A stretch of 62,907 nucleotides of DNA, from positions 9,890 to 72,796 of the forward strand of contig CAZMHJ010000001.1 of NCBI GenBank assembly GCA_964566075.1, read 5' to 3'. A program made the position numbers and the translations under genes. The stretch's first letter is position 1. Every line of letters begins with the position of its first letter. Under the pieces are notes generated by a model, which made no database searches, was not told the DNA's origin, and saw nothing but the letters and a program-made list of their open reading frames with translations. The DNA is from an uncultured Candidatus Saccharibacteria bacterium (GTDB lineage: Bacteria > Patescibacteriota > Saccharimonadia > Saccharimonadales > CAIOMD01). Positions 15,640 to 26,300 of this stretch are shown here, piece by piece.

Positions 15640-17679
15640 CTAGTTTAAGTAGGTCAGCTTGCTTGCGCGCTGCACGCTTGCAGCGATTTGCTTATAGTGT
15701 ATCAGATTTTCCCCTGATTCGATAAACGTTTTAACGCCTGCCCTAGCCTTAGCAATAAGCTTTGTGTCGCTTAACTGGGCGATACGTAAATCAAGCGAAC
15801 CATGCTGCCGGGTACCATATATTGCGCCTGGGCCACGAATTTCTAAGTCGAGCTCGGACAGTTCAAAACCGTTGGTAGTACTGGCTATCGCGCGCATACG
15901 CTTAGACGGCGCACTGCTGTCAGTCATTACTAAATAACAGTGGCCTTTATGCTCCGCACGGCCAACTCGGCCACGTAATTGGTGTAGTTGCGCTAAACCA
16001 AATCTGTCTGCTCCCAAAATCACCATTACAGTTGCGTTTGCGACATCTACACCAACTTCAATCACTGTAGTCGAAACTAATACGTCTAGCTCGTGGTTGC
16101 TAAAGCGTTGCATAATGTCGTCCTTTTCGGCTGATTTCATACGACCGTGTAATAGCCCAATACGCCAACCTTTTAGTTCTTTTTGGGCTAGTTCTTTATA
16201 GGTTTTTTCGGCGCTAGCTACCTGTAACACATCACTTTCGTTAATGAGCGGGCAAACAATATATGCTTGCCTGCCTTGTTTTAATTCGTTGGTAATTGAC
16301 TCATACATTTGCTTGGTCGAATTAGGAGAAATAATAGAGGTTGTTACCCCAGCTCGTGTGCTTGGCGCCTGATCTAAAATACTGATGTCGAGCTCGCCGT
16401 ACACCGTTAACGCTAAGCTGCGCGGAATCGGTGTGGCCGTTAAGCAGAGTACATGGGGCATATGCCCTGCCTTAGTATGTAATTTTTGGCGTTGCTGCAC
16501 ACCAAATCGATGTTGCTCATCAACAATTACCAAACCTAAATGATGCCAATCAACGGATTCTTGTAAAATAGCGTGCGTACCAACAATGATGCTTATTTCA
16601 TTATTTTTAAGCCGTACTTTTAGCTCTTTTTTTGTTTTTGCTGGTACGCCACCCGTTAATAGTGCGACTTTGTTTGCAAGCGGGCTATGCGCAAGTACCT
16701 TAGCGAGTGTATTTGCATGTTGTTGGGCTAATAATTCGGTTGGTGCTAAAAATGCAACTTGCAAACCCGCCTCCGCCACCATCAGCGCTGCCATTGCTGC
16801 CACGACAGTTTTACCTGAGCCAACATCACCCTCGACTAACCGGTTCATCGGTTCATCACTATCAATATCTTTATATATCTGCCAAACTGTTTTGCGCTGT
16901 GCATCAGTCAAACTAAATGGTAAATTTGCGACAAATTCTTTGGCACTTTTTTGTTTAAACGGTACTGGCAATGCTTTAGCAAGCTGCGCTTCGGTACGAT
17001 TTGCATAGGCAGCCATCATAACAACAAATAGTTCTTCAAATCCGAGACGCTCTTTCGCTTGCGCCAGTTGTTCTGAAGAGTCGGGCATATGAATTGCTTT
17101 AAGCGCTTTTACCCTGCTTATCAGCTTTGCGTTTGTAACGATATTGGTTGGTAACGTTTCTGGCAAAGTGTCAATAACGGGGAGTATCTGTGCTACTAGT
17201 TTTCGCAGTAGTACTGATGTCAGCTGCCCACTTTCACGATAGGTGGGCAGAATACGCGCTGTATGCGCGTGAATCGTATCTTCAACTAGCTCAATGCTTG
17301 GATTAGTAATCTGTAATCTTTGATTCTGAAATACAAATTCGCCACTAATATAGTATGGTTTACCGGGCTGAATATTCTTTGCTCGGTACGGCTGATTAAA
17401 CCAAATTACTTTTACACGCCCCGTATCATCGTTAGCTACCGCCTCTGTTATGTGTAAACCTCTTCGAACACGACGCTCTTTTAGCTCGCTAAAGTGAGCC
17501 TGCAAGGTTACAAGGCCAGGTTTTAGTTGCCCAATATGTATGACATGCGAATAATCATCGTATTTGCGAGGAAAATAATCAATTAAGTCACCAATAGTAA
17601 CGAGCCCTGCTGTCGCTAAGCGTGCCGATACAACACTCCCTACCCCTTTGAGCTCTGTTAGTGGCGTGTCTACTGTCAT
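15640..17679 (-). CDS. recG: ATP-dependent DNA helicase RecG
   Basis: Wedge/OB N-terminus, GDVGSGKT (Walker A), DEQHRFG and QLRGRVGR. Confidence 0.93.
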   Translation of the reverse strand: MTVDTPLTELKGVGSVVSARLATAGLVTIGDLIDYFPRKYDDYSHVIHIGQLKPGLVTLQAHFSELKERRVRRGLHITEAVANDDTGRVKVIWFNQPYRAKNIQPGKPYYISGEFVFQNQRLQITNPSIELVEDTIHAHTARILPTYRESGQLTSVLLRKLVAQILPVIDTLPETLPTNIVTNAKLISRVKALKAIHMPDSSEQLAQAKERLGFEELFVVMMAAYANRTEAQLAKALPVPFKQKSAKEFVANLPFSLTDAQRKTVWQIYKDIDSDEPMNRLVEGDVGSGKTVVAAMAALMVAEAGLQVAFLAPTELLAQQHANTLAKVLAHSPLANKVALLTGGVPAKTKKELKVRLKNNEISIIVGTHAILQESVDWHHLGLVIVDEQHRFGVQQRQKLHTKAGHMPHVLCLTATPIPRSLALTVYGELDISILDQAPSTRAGVTTSIISPNSTKQMYESITNELKQGRQAYIVCPLINESDVLQVASAEKTYKELAQKELKGWRIGLLHGRMKSAEKDDIMQRFSNHELDVLVSTTVIEVGVDVANATVMVILGADRFGLAQLHQLRGRVGRAEHKGHCYLVMTDSSAPSKRMRAIASTTNGFELSELDLEIRGPGAIYGTRQHGSLDLRIAQLSDTKLIAKARAGVKTFIESGENLIHYKQIAASVQRASKLTYLN

Positions 17680-17832
17680 TACTACCAGTGTACGCTACTC
17701 AGCGTTTTATCAGCCAAAAAGTACAGACTATTACGTAATATATTGAGTAAAAAATCATAAGAATAATTACGTACAGCGACTAAAATTTGGTATACTGAAT
17801 CGTGATATTTGAGGTGAAATTTCAAGAGGATA

Positions 17833-20526
17833 ATGAGTAAGGATAACAACCGCCTTTCGGGTTTTAAGAGCCGAGCAAAACGAATGACAAAAAAGTCAGA
17901 TACTAATAAAGGGGTAAAGGTTAATCGAAGTGTGGGCGACCGCATAAAGGCCCACAAAGATGACCGTGCGCGAAAGCGTGCCGAGTATTTGTCGACCTTG
18001 CCAAAAAATCCTATAAAACGCTTTTTTTACCGTTTACAACCAAAGCGTTTATATAAATATTGGTTTAGCCGCGAGGGTGGCATTATGGCCCTCAAGGTAC
18101 TTGGTATTGGGTTTGCAGTTATCATGGTGCTTACCTTAGCTACTTTTGCTTATTTCCGTAAAGATTTACCAAAGAACATTACTGACCTTAAAACTTGTTC
18201 ACAGGGCGCAAGCACAACATACTACGACCGAACGGGCCAAACGCTGTTATGGGCAAGCTCGGGTGATGTAGAATGTTACCCCGTTAAGTTCGAACAAATC
18301 TCACCCTACTTACGAAATGCGGTAGTTGCTTCAGAAGACAAGGACTTTTATAAGCATGGTGGCTTTAGCGCACAGGGGTTATTACGTGCAGGCCTTAATA
18401 ATATTAAAGGTGGTAGCACCCAGGGTGGTTCTACCATTACACAGCAGTTTGTTAAAAACTCACTTTTGACTCAAGATCAAAAAATCTCTCGAAAAATTAA
18501 AGAACTTATTTTATCGATTGAGCTCGAAAGAAGTTATTCTAAAGACGAGATTCTTAACGCGTATCTTAACGAAATATCGTTTGGCTCAACCTATAATGGA
18601 GCCGAAGCGGCTGCTCGTGGTTACTTTAATAAGTCAGCCAAAGACCTAACTCTAGACGAAGCCGCTCTGCTTACGGCGATTATCCCAGCACCTACCTATT
18701 ATTCACCATACGGAAGACATACCGATGAGCTCGTACAACGCCAGCACTATAAGTTAGACCAAATGGTAGACCAAGGCTATATCAAAAAAAGTGACGCTGA
18801 TGCCGCAAAAAAAGTAGATACACTCGCAAAACTTTCGACCAGCCGCAATAAGTATAAAAATATTATTGCTCCTTACTTTGTACTTGAAGTACAAGAACAA
18901 CTAGAAGCCAAATATGGTGTAAACAATGTACAGCGCCAAGGCTATAAAGTCATCACTACACTTGATTTACGCCTTCAAAAAATTGCTGAGGATGTAGTTG
19001 CCAATACAATGCCAAAGGTTATTCGCAATAACGCAGATAACATGGCAGTAGTTGCAGAAGATGCGCAGACCGGGCAGGTTATCGCCCTAGTCGGTGGTCG
19101 CGGATTTGATTATCCGGGTTATGGCCAAAAGAACATGGCTACGACTCCTCGCAGCCCGGGATCAACAATGAAACCATATGACTACTCTTCATTAATGACT
19201 CAAAATAAGAGCTGGGGCGCAGGCAGTACATTATTTGATCTTAAGACCGATTTTGGTGGTTACTCGCCAGATGATTATGACCTTCGTCAGCCTGGTGCAA
19301 TGAGTATGCGTCAAGCGCTTGGAGGCTCGCGAAATATACCTGCAATTAAGGCTACTTATATAGCAGGTGTGCAAAATACTATAGATTTGGCAAAAAAGAT
19401 GGGTGTCGTCAGCGGTACATCTTGTGAACCAAATTGTGGTTTATCAGCTGCCATCGGTGATGGTAGCGAAATACGGCTGGACGAGCATGTTAACGGTTAT
19501 GCAACACTTGCCAGAGGCGGTAAATATAAGCCAAAAACGTATATGCTTAAAGTTTCTGACGCACGCGATACAGTTTTATACGAATGGAAAGATACTGCCG
19601 GCGAACAGGTGTTAGACCCACAGATTGCTTACATTGTTGCTGATATGATGAGTGACTCTAAAGTAAGCTACTTCGGTAATAATTATCGACTTAACAACGG
19701 TTGGAAATCTGCGCTTAAAACCGGTACTACCAATAACAAAGATAATGGATGGCTTATGGGCTATACTAATAAGCTCGTATTCGGATTATGGATGGGGCGT
19801 CAAAATGACAATAAAGCACAGTACAACTTTACAGATACCATATTAGGGCCAGCATGGAATAGTTTCATGACACAATCAAACAGTGTGCTGGGATATAACA
19901 AAGGTTCTGGTTGGACAAAACCTGCAGGTATTAAAACTGTATGTATCAATCAGACGACAGGTTACGCAACTACAAGTGGCGGTAATTGTGACATCTTCCC
20001 AAGTTGGTATCAACCACAATACCCTGATAGTAGTAAATCAGCTACCATTGATTCAGTCAGTAAAAAACTAGCTACCGAATGTACTCCTGAGCTTGCTAAG
20101 CAGGCTATTACTGGCGGTGGTATTCGCTCAGAATTGCCAACAAGCGATGCTATGTACAATAACTGGATTAAACCAATCCAAGCACGTTATGGAGGTTCAG
20201 GTGGTGGCGCCATACCTACTGATAAAGACGATGTTCACACTTGTGATCCTGCCGATAAACCGTCAATTAGCAACTTAACCATCACTCCCGCTGGAGCTGG
20301 CAGTTATAAGATAAGTGTTACTGTATCGCAAGGTAAAAGTCCGTTAACAACAGTTAATTTCAAGGCAAACGGTACCATTATCGACGGTGGTTCAGTCACC
20401 ATAACTGCTGGCGGTACGTATGATGTAACCTACACACCTACCGGCAGCGATCCAGTACAAATTACTGCTCAGGTTATTGATAGCGTCTTATATGATTCCA
20501 CAACAGACGCAAAGCAAATACCTTAA
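17833..20526 (+). CDS. Class A penicillin-binding protein (GT51 transglycosylase plus transpeptidase) with Ig-like C-terminal extension
   Basis: EDKDFYKHGG, GGSTITQQ, SPGSTMKP (SxxK), SRN and KTGTT. Has an N-terminal TM segment. Confidence 0.9.
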   Translation: MSKDNNRLSGFKSRAKRMTKKSDTNKGVKVNRSVGDRIKAHKDDRARKRAEYLSTLPKNPIKRFFYRLQPKRLYKYWFSREGGIMALKVLGIGFAVIMVLTLATFAYFRKDLPKNITDLKTCSQGASTTYYDRTGQTLLWASSGDVECYPVKFEQISPYLRNAVVASEDKDFYKHGGFSAQGLLRAGLNNIKGGSTQGGSTITQQFVKNSLLTQDQKISRKIKELILSIELERSYSKDEILNAYLNEISFGSTYNGAEAAARGYFNKSAKDLTLDEAALLTAIIPAPTYYSPYGRHTDELVQRQHYKLDQMVDQGYIKKSDADAAKKVDTLAKLSTSRNKYKNIIAPYFVLEVQEQLEAKYGVNNVQRQGYKVITTLDLRLQKIAEDVVANTMPKVIRNNADNMAVVAEDAQTGQVIALVGGRGFDYPGYGQKNMATTPRSPGSTMKPYDYSSLMTQNKSWGAGSTLFDLKTDFGGYSPDDYDLRQPGAMSMRQALGGSRNIPAIKATYIAGVQNTIDLAKKMGVVSGTSCEPNCGLSAAIGDGSEIRLDEHVNGYATLARGGKYKPKTYMLKVSDARDTVLYEWKDTAGEQVLDPQIAYIVADMMSDSKVSYFGNNYRLNNGWKSALKTGTTNNKDNGWLMGYTNKLVFGLWMGRQNDNKAQYNFTDTILGPAWNSFMTQSNSVLGYNKGSGWTKPAGIKTVCINQTTGYATTSGGNCDIFPSWYQPQYPDSSKSATIDSVSKKLATECTPELAKQAITGGGIRSELPTSDAMYNNWIKPIQARYGGSGGGAIPTDKDDVHTCDPADKPSISNLTITPAGAGSYKISVTVSQGKSPLTTVNFKANGTIIDGGSVTITAGGTYDVTYTPTGSDPVQITAQVIDSVLYDSTTDAKQIP

Positions 20527-20543
20527 GATTGTGTCCGCACTTC

Positions 20544-20573
20544 AAAAAACCGCTCTACAGTGAGCGGTTTTTT
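20544..20573. terminator. Bidirectional intrinsic terminator between convergent genes
   Basis: AAAAAACCGCTC-tacagt-GAGCGGTTTTTT. Confidence 0.7.
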
Positions 20574-20598
20574 GTATGTAATGGGTAGTATTGTCTGT

Positions 20599-21507
20599 TT
20601 ACTTATCAGCCATTTCATCGATAGCCGATAGCAAAGATGCCTCTCGATTTGTTGGACGTGGTCGGTTATTTTGATGCTGTTTTTGATTTGTTGGACGGCG
20701 GTATCGATGCTCAACAGTACCAGCAGGAGTTGTCGGTGCTTTCTGAGGACGACTTGGCAGCGGTTTTTGGACCGTGCGGCGAACTTTATCTACTGGCTGT
20801 TTAGTGATTGGCGTGGTTGGTTCAGTTGCAACTTTTGTGCCGAAAAGCATCTTGCCTGCAACAGTTTGATGGGTGCGTGTAATTTTTACCTTGACTGACT
20901 TACCAATGTCTCGCTTTGCACCGTCAATCACAATCATGGTGCCATCTTCCATGTAGCCAACTCCTTGGTCGCGGTTACTGCCTGGTTGGACAATCATAAT
21001 ATCGAATGCCTCGCCTGGTAGCGCCACAGGACGAAGTGCATGCGAAAGTTCATTGACATTCAATACTCGTATGCCTTCGATTGTTGCAACCTGATTTAAG
21101 TTAAAATCGGTCGTAAACAAATCGGCACCCGTTTTTTTAGCAAGTTTCACAAGTTTATCGTCGGTGGTGCTTGCTTGCACTTTTGTGCGCTCAATAGTCA
21201 GCGACACGTTTGGTTCGCGCTGTAATTGCTGTACAACCTCAAGCCCAAATCGGGCACGCTCGCGTTTGTGTGAATCGTTACCGTCCGCAAGTAGCTGTAG
21301 CTCGGCGACGATAAACTCAGGCACTGCAAGTTCGTACGGTACAAAGCCGGCCTTTGCCAGCTCTACTACTCGACCATCAATAAGTGCCGAACTGTCCATG
21401 AGTGCAACCTGCTGCTTACTCTTTTTTGGTACAATTCGTGGCCATTCTTTAACCACTACAATCGCGCCAATAACAATAATGGCGATTGTTTGAAATAAAT
21501 CTAACAT
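20599..21507 (-). CDS. PIN and TRAM domain membrane protein (YacL-like) with basic Pro/Thr/Arg-rich C-terminal tail
   Basis: N-terminal TM, a PIN-like segment (LMDSSALIDGRV...), a TRAM-like segment (GEAFDIMIVQPG...VKVKITRT), and the position next to radA. Confidence 0.75.
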   Translation of the reverse strand: MLDLFQTIAIIVIGAIVVVKEWPRIVPKKSKQQVALMDSSALIDGRVVELAKAGFVPYELAVPEFIVAELQLLADGNDSHKRERARFGLEVVQQLQREPNVSLTIERTKVQASTTDDKLVKLAKKTGADLFTTDFNLNQVATIEGIRVLNVNELSHALRPVALPGEAFDIMIVQPGSNRDQGVGYMEDGTMIVIDGAKRDIGKSVKVKITRTHQTVAGKMLFGTKVATEPTTPITKQPVDKVRRTVQKPLPSRPQKAPTTPAGTVEHRYRRPTNQKQHQNNRPRPTNREASLLSAIDEMADK

Positions 21508-21519
21508 ATAAATCCAATC

Positions 21520-22875
21520 TTATTCTTTTGATAAAAAGCTGTTGAGTGCACTGCGCACATCAGCCATTTGATGCAATTCTTTTGGCACTTTACTACCGCG
21601 AATTTTTGGCCCGATTGCATCGGTAAAGCCTAGTTTCTTTGCTTCGGCAATTCGTTTATCTGCCCATGGTACGTGCCGTATTTCACCGCTCAAGCCTACC
21701 TCACCAAACACGACGGCATCTTTTTTGAGCTGCATCCCTTTTGAAGCTGAGGCTATTGCCATACAAATCGCTAAATCTGCTGCAGGCTCGGTGATTTTCA
21801 TGCCACCCACAATATTAATATAAATATCTTTATCGGCAAGTTTTAGTTTAGTGCGGCGTTCGAGCATGGCGACTAATAAATTAAGTCTATTTAAATCAAT
21901 GCCTGCTGCAGCTCGTTTTGGATACCCGTAATTGGTTGTGTTAACGAGTGCTTGCACCTCTACTAAAATTGGGCGCGTTCCCTCTAATGTAGCCAGTACT
22001 ATCGAACCATCACTGAGTTGTCGTTCGGCTAATAGTGCTGCAGATGGATTATCGACTACTTGCAGACCCGTATCAACCATTTCAAGGATAGCTGCTTCGT
22101 TGGTAGAACCAAACCGGTTCTTGATACACCTCAGCACTCTAAAGCCACCGTAGCGGTCACCTTCGAGCTGGAGCACTACATCCACAGCATGTTCTAATAC
22201 CTTTGGCCCGGCAATACTACCCTCTTTAGTTACGTGACCGACTAAAATCAGGGCAGTCGTCGCTTGCTTCGCGGCTGCAGTCAGTAACTGCGTGCTATTG
22301 GTTACCTGGCTCACACTACCTGGAACTCCAGTAATTTCAGCGGCGGCAATCGTTTGAATTGAATCAACAATCACTAAATCATACTTATCGGTTGCGATGG
22401 TTGCCGCGATATCGTTTGCGCTGGTGCTACTGACAATATGTAAGTTATCGGCTAAAGCGCCCAGGCGTTGGCCACGCAAGCTCACCTGCTCTGGCGACTC
22501 TTCGCCACTCACGTATAGTACTTGCACTTTCTTGGCTGCGTTATACGCCAGCTGTAATAACAATGTACTTTTACCGATACCCGGTTGGCCAGCAATGAGT
22601 ACCACACTCGCTGGTACAATACCGCCACCTAACACTTCATCGATATCGGCGATACCAAGACTCAAGCGCTTGGTGCCTGTAAATGATTTTTTATCAAGCG
22701 AAACGGGCTTTAGTACGTTGCCACTCGCCAAAGCTTGCTCGGTTTTACTGCCACTGCGCAAATCGACCTGTTGCTCGAGCGTATTCCATGCACCACATAT
22801 GCTGCACTTGCCTGCCCAGCTCGAATGATTCGCGCCGCAGGCACTACATACATATGCCACTTTCGTCTTCGCCAT
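21520..22875 (-). CDS. radA: DNA repair protein RadA
   Basis: Zn finger CSACG...CSICG, GQPGIGKST, KNRFG and a Lon-like C-terminal domain. Confidence 0.93.
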   Translation of the reverse strand: MAKTKVAYVCSACGANHSSWAGKCSICGAWNTLEQQVDLRSGSKTEQALASGNVLKPVSLDKKSFTGTKRLSLGIADIDEVLGGGIVPASVVLIAGQPGIGKSTLLLQLAYNAAKKVQVLYVSGEESPEQVSLRGQRLGALADNLHIVSSTSANDIAATIATDKYDLVIVDSIQTIAAAEITGVPGSVSQVTNSTQLLTAAAKQATTALILVGHVTKEGSIAGPKVLEHAVDVVLQLEGDRYGGFRVLRCIKNRFGSTNEAAILEMVDTGLQVVDNPSAALLAERQLSDGSIVLATLEGTRPILVEVQALVNTTNYGYPKRAAAGIDLNRLNLLVAMLERRTKLKLADKDIYINIVGGMKITEPAADLAICMAIASASKGMQLKKDAVVFGEVGLSGEIRHVPWADKRIAEAKKLGFTDAIGPKIRGSKVPKELHQMADVRSALNSFLSKE

Positions 22876-22905
22876 ATCTCTAGTTTAACAGATAGTTAAT
22901 TTAGA

Positions 22906-23382
22906 TTATTTTGGTTCGTAGTATATCCTCATCAAATACCCATAGGTACCAAACTCGTCGATTCTGCCATGAAGTATCACATCATAAACATTCAAACTTT
23001 GAAGGGCTTCAACTTCCCTTGCGGCATAATCAAGAAAAGAGGATATACCAATATTAGGGTCTTCATCCATATCCAGCTCAAATAAGTGAACCTTCTGATT
23101 ACTTCTGATACGACTATTGTAAAGCCTATTCTCATCTGTTGGTGAGTTGCTTTTAAGAAGCAGGGCATCGTCTTGAATTTTCTTATCAGATTTTCTTAGT
23201 TTATACACCTCTAATTCAAGTGTTGGCCATGTACTATCATCCACTGCATTTGAAAGATATAAACTTACAGAACGAGCATATCCAACAGATTTAACATCAT
23301 GGGCAAGACTTTTTAGCATATCAGGTAGTGATACTTTGCGATTGGTGTTCCCTGCTTGAAAATAATGTGTTTTCATATTCAT
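22906..23382 (-). CDS. Candidate cognate immunity protein of the RHS toxin, 158 aa (hypothetical)
   Basis: ATG at 23380-23382 overlaps the RHS TAA stop (TAATG). The protein starts MNMKTHYFQAGN... It has no TM segment and no known motif. The track's longer start at 23451 lies inside the RHS gene. Confidence 0.55.
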   Translation of the reverse strand: MNMKTHYFQAGNTNRKVSLPDMLKSLAHDVKSVGYARSVSLYLSNAVDDSTWPTLELEVYKLRKSDKKIQDDALLLKSNSPTDENRLYNSRIRSNQKVHLFELDMDEDPNIGISSFLDYAAREVEALQSLNVYDVILHGRIDEFGTYGYLMRIYYEPK

Positions 23383-26300
23383 TACAATACTACTGCACAC
23401 ACCGGTGCCGCAACTAAACAACCAGGACTCAACACTTTTGCACCCCACCATATGGCTATTAGAACACTAGCCGCTGCAGCCGTACCACCCGCAGCTTTTT
23501 TTGCCTGCGGGCTTACGCTCGGTAGACCTCCCGATGGAAGTGATGGTGGCCCTTTTCTATTATTCTTGTCTTTCGACTCCCTTGATTGTCTTTCACCCCG
23601 AATTTTTTCATTATACTTTTGTTTTGCTTTTGCGCTGTTCCAGTCCTTGGAGTTGTATTTATTCTTACCCTCATTCCACGCTTTAAGCTCCTTGAAGTTT
23701 AGCTTTTTCTCCTGTGCCTGCTGACGACCTCTCTGTGCCCTTTGACCAGTAAGATCATAATCAGTTATGGGATTATTCACATAGGCATATGCATTGTCAG
23801 TACCGCCTTCTATTGGATCAACTTGTGCAAATCGCCCTATGCTTGCTAGATATACACGTGCTCCCATTTGTACCACAGGGATGCTGAAGTTTGATTCAGA
23901 TAGTTTCTGGTGTTGCCCAATGTACGAGTAGCTTGCGCCCCTATCGGCATTAGTCGGTGCTAATTGGCCATCAATCAATTCACCAAACGGCCCTGTAACA
24001 TTTGTGCTCAGTAATGAGCCATCTGCTTTCGTCATCGCAAAGTTATCGCCATGTATATTTGGCAAGCTAAACGTCATTTGCGCACTTGGGTCACTCGCGT
24101 TTGGTCGAATTGTAACAAGCACGTTACCAGGCAGTGTCACATACTTTTCGACTACGTTCCATGCATTGTCTCGTATGAAGTCTGGTGTGTCACCACTACC
24201 CGTAAAGCCATAGAAACTATCGCCAGCTGCACTCCATGTAAAGTTTGCAATACTGTTGATATATCGCCCCATGATGCGACCTTGTACATCTCGGGTATAA
24301 TAGGTTGCGATTCCATTACCAGTATCAGAAGTGTACTGAACCACACCCGTGTTTCTATCTGAGGCATCATATGCAAATCGTACTGGCAAGTTTGATGTTC
24401 CGATTGCTGTTGTATTACCGTGGTCATCATAGTCAACAACCGCAAGTGATGGGTCTGAGCCTGCTAGTAATCTGTCGGCGCTATCGTAACAATAGTTCGT
24501 TGTTTTACCATTTATTGTTTGAGTAGTGCGGTTACCATTTTTGCCAGCATTTAAGTTTGCACTCGTCTGTGCGCATTGTGCGGCAGTAGCAGTACCAAAC
24601 CCATAGCTATAACTATTAGTACCGATTGTGGCGGCTGTTAATCTCCCCCCACCGTCATATGTATAGCTCTTTGCTAAACCATTTTCGGTACCACTTATTA
24701 CATCGCCACTTACAGTTCTATTAACTTGGTCACTGATGATTGTTGAGCCATCGCCAAGGGTATATGATAATCCGTTCATACGACCAAGGTTGTCTCGTGT
24801 AATAGAGCCTAGCTTCTGCTGATTAGCAGTTGGGTACGCAACGCTTGCAATTCGGCTAAACGTATCATACGTTACCGTAGCCAATACAACTGAGTTGAGT
24901 GATTGAGATACTAGGCGATCGTAATCATCGTAAGTGTATGTTTCTGTACCAAGAGGACTAGCACGACTTACAAGATGACCAGCATTGTCATACGCACTTG
25001 TAGTTACGTTGCTATGTGTGTCTTTGTACGATATAACCCTACCGAGCAAATCTGTCTCAACTATAATAGATCCGTTTTGGTCTGTCGTACTAGTAACTAG
25101 TGGGTTACCGTTAACGGCATAGTTGCTACTTATCGTGCGGCCTGCTCGACCGTTTATATCAGGTATGACCGTCGAGATAACTCGCCCACGCGCATCGTAA
25201 TTTGTGCAAGTCCATGGGTCATTATTAAACTTTGTCGCCACTACCCTGCCTGTTGAATCATATATCGTTTCGCTAGTTCGCGGAGTTTGAGGGCCAACCC
25301 CATCTGGGTCAGGTTCTATCTTGCCCTTTGCGAAGCCAGCTTGGCTAACAGGTGACGAGTTGGCATCACATTCATTCTTTCGAACCTCAGTAGCGCCGTA
25401 GTACAGATAGGTATAGGTATTACCGCCAGGCATTGTCTTACTTGTTTGTCGCATTAAACTACCCGCTTGATAAGGCTCGTATGTGTAGCTTGTTGTTAGG
25501 TTAAGTCCGCCAACGTCCTCAGTTACTGATTTAGCCTGTGCAAGCTCGGGTTGTGCGCCATAATCTGTCTTTGTAGTACTATCACCTGTTTGGCTATCAA
25601 ATACCTTACTGCTAGTTGTAAGTGCGTAGACTGGCTTTACGAAAGTTGGCCTGCTTGTTCCAAGTCCGGCGTTTGTATCGGTAATTCCAGGTCCAGACAA
25701 CCATAGTTCTAGTGCTCCTTGGTTATATCCCGTATGGCCATACGCTAGCTCAATTCTATAGGGTTTACCAGCCTCGGCAGTAAATGTGGCAGTCTGCCGC
25801 TTTTGGGTTACTCCCTCTGAACGGGTTCCAAGATTATTAATTAAAACGTTATCGTTAACCGTTAATCTTGCGCCATCGTCGTTCCATATATTGTATGTAT
25901 ATGTTCCTGATTGTGGGAACGTAACCGTTCCAGTAGCTCTAAAACCGTAGCCGTAGTATTTCGCATCGGGATTTTTTACAATGTTCGTTGCCCATATTGC
26001 AGAGTTATCATTCCCAAAAATTACGAGATTACCGTCGTTCTGCATAACTAAACTTCCAGAAGGACGGCCAGATGTTGCAGAAGCCCAGGTTGCCACGTTA
26101 TTACCGTTATATATTACTAAGTTTCCATCACCCTGAAGTACAAGCCGGCAATTTGCGCCACTTGTATTTGATGCCCAAACTACACCACTTGGACCGTAGA
26201 TAACCAGATTACCATCAGTCTGCATTATGAGCCTAAACTGGCCATCTTCTGACCATATCGACTGATTTGTACCAAGTGTGCCGCCGACCAATAATGAGGC

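Noticed and set aside
20599-21507. PIN-domain protein as a toxin of a TA or defence system.
   Set aside because: The architecture (TM plus PIN plus TRAM, adjacent to radA) is the conserved housekeeping YacL-type arrangement. No antitoxin partner is present.
22906-23451. Longer 181-aa version of the post-RHS ORF.
   Set aside because: The first 23 codons lie inside the RHS coding region. The ATG overlapping the RHS stop (TAATG) is the more plausible coupled start.
23526-23549. SLPSGG in the RHS tail as an LPxTG-like sortase signal.
   Set aside because: It does not match the LVDTG signal of the neighbouring substrate. There is no basic tail after the hydrophobic segment, and it lies beyond the RHS core processing motif.
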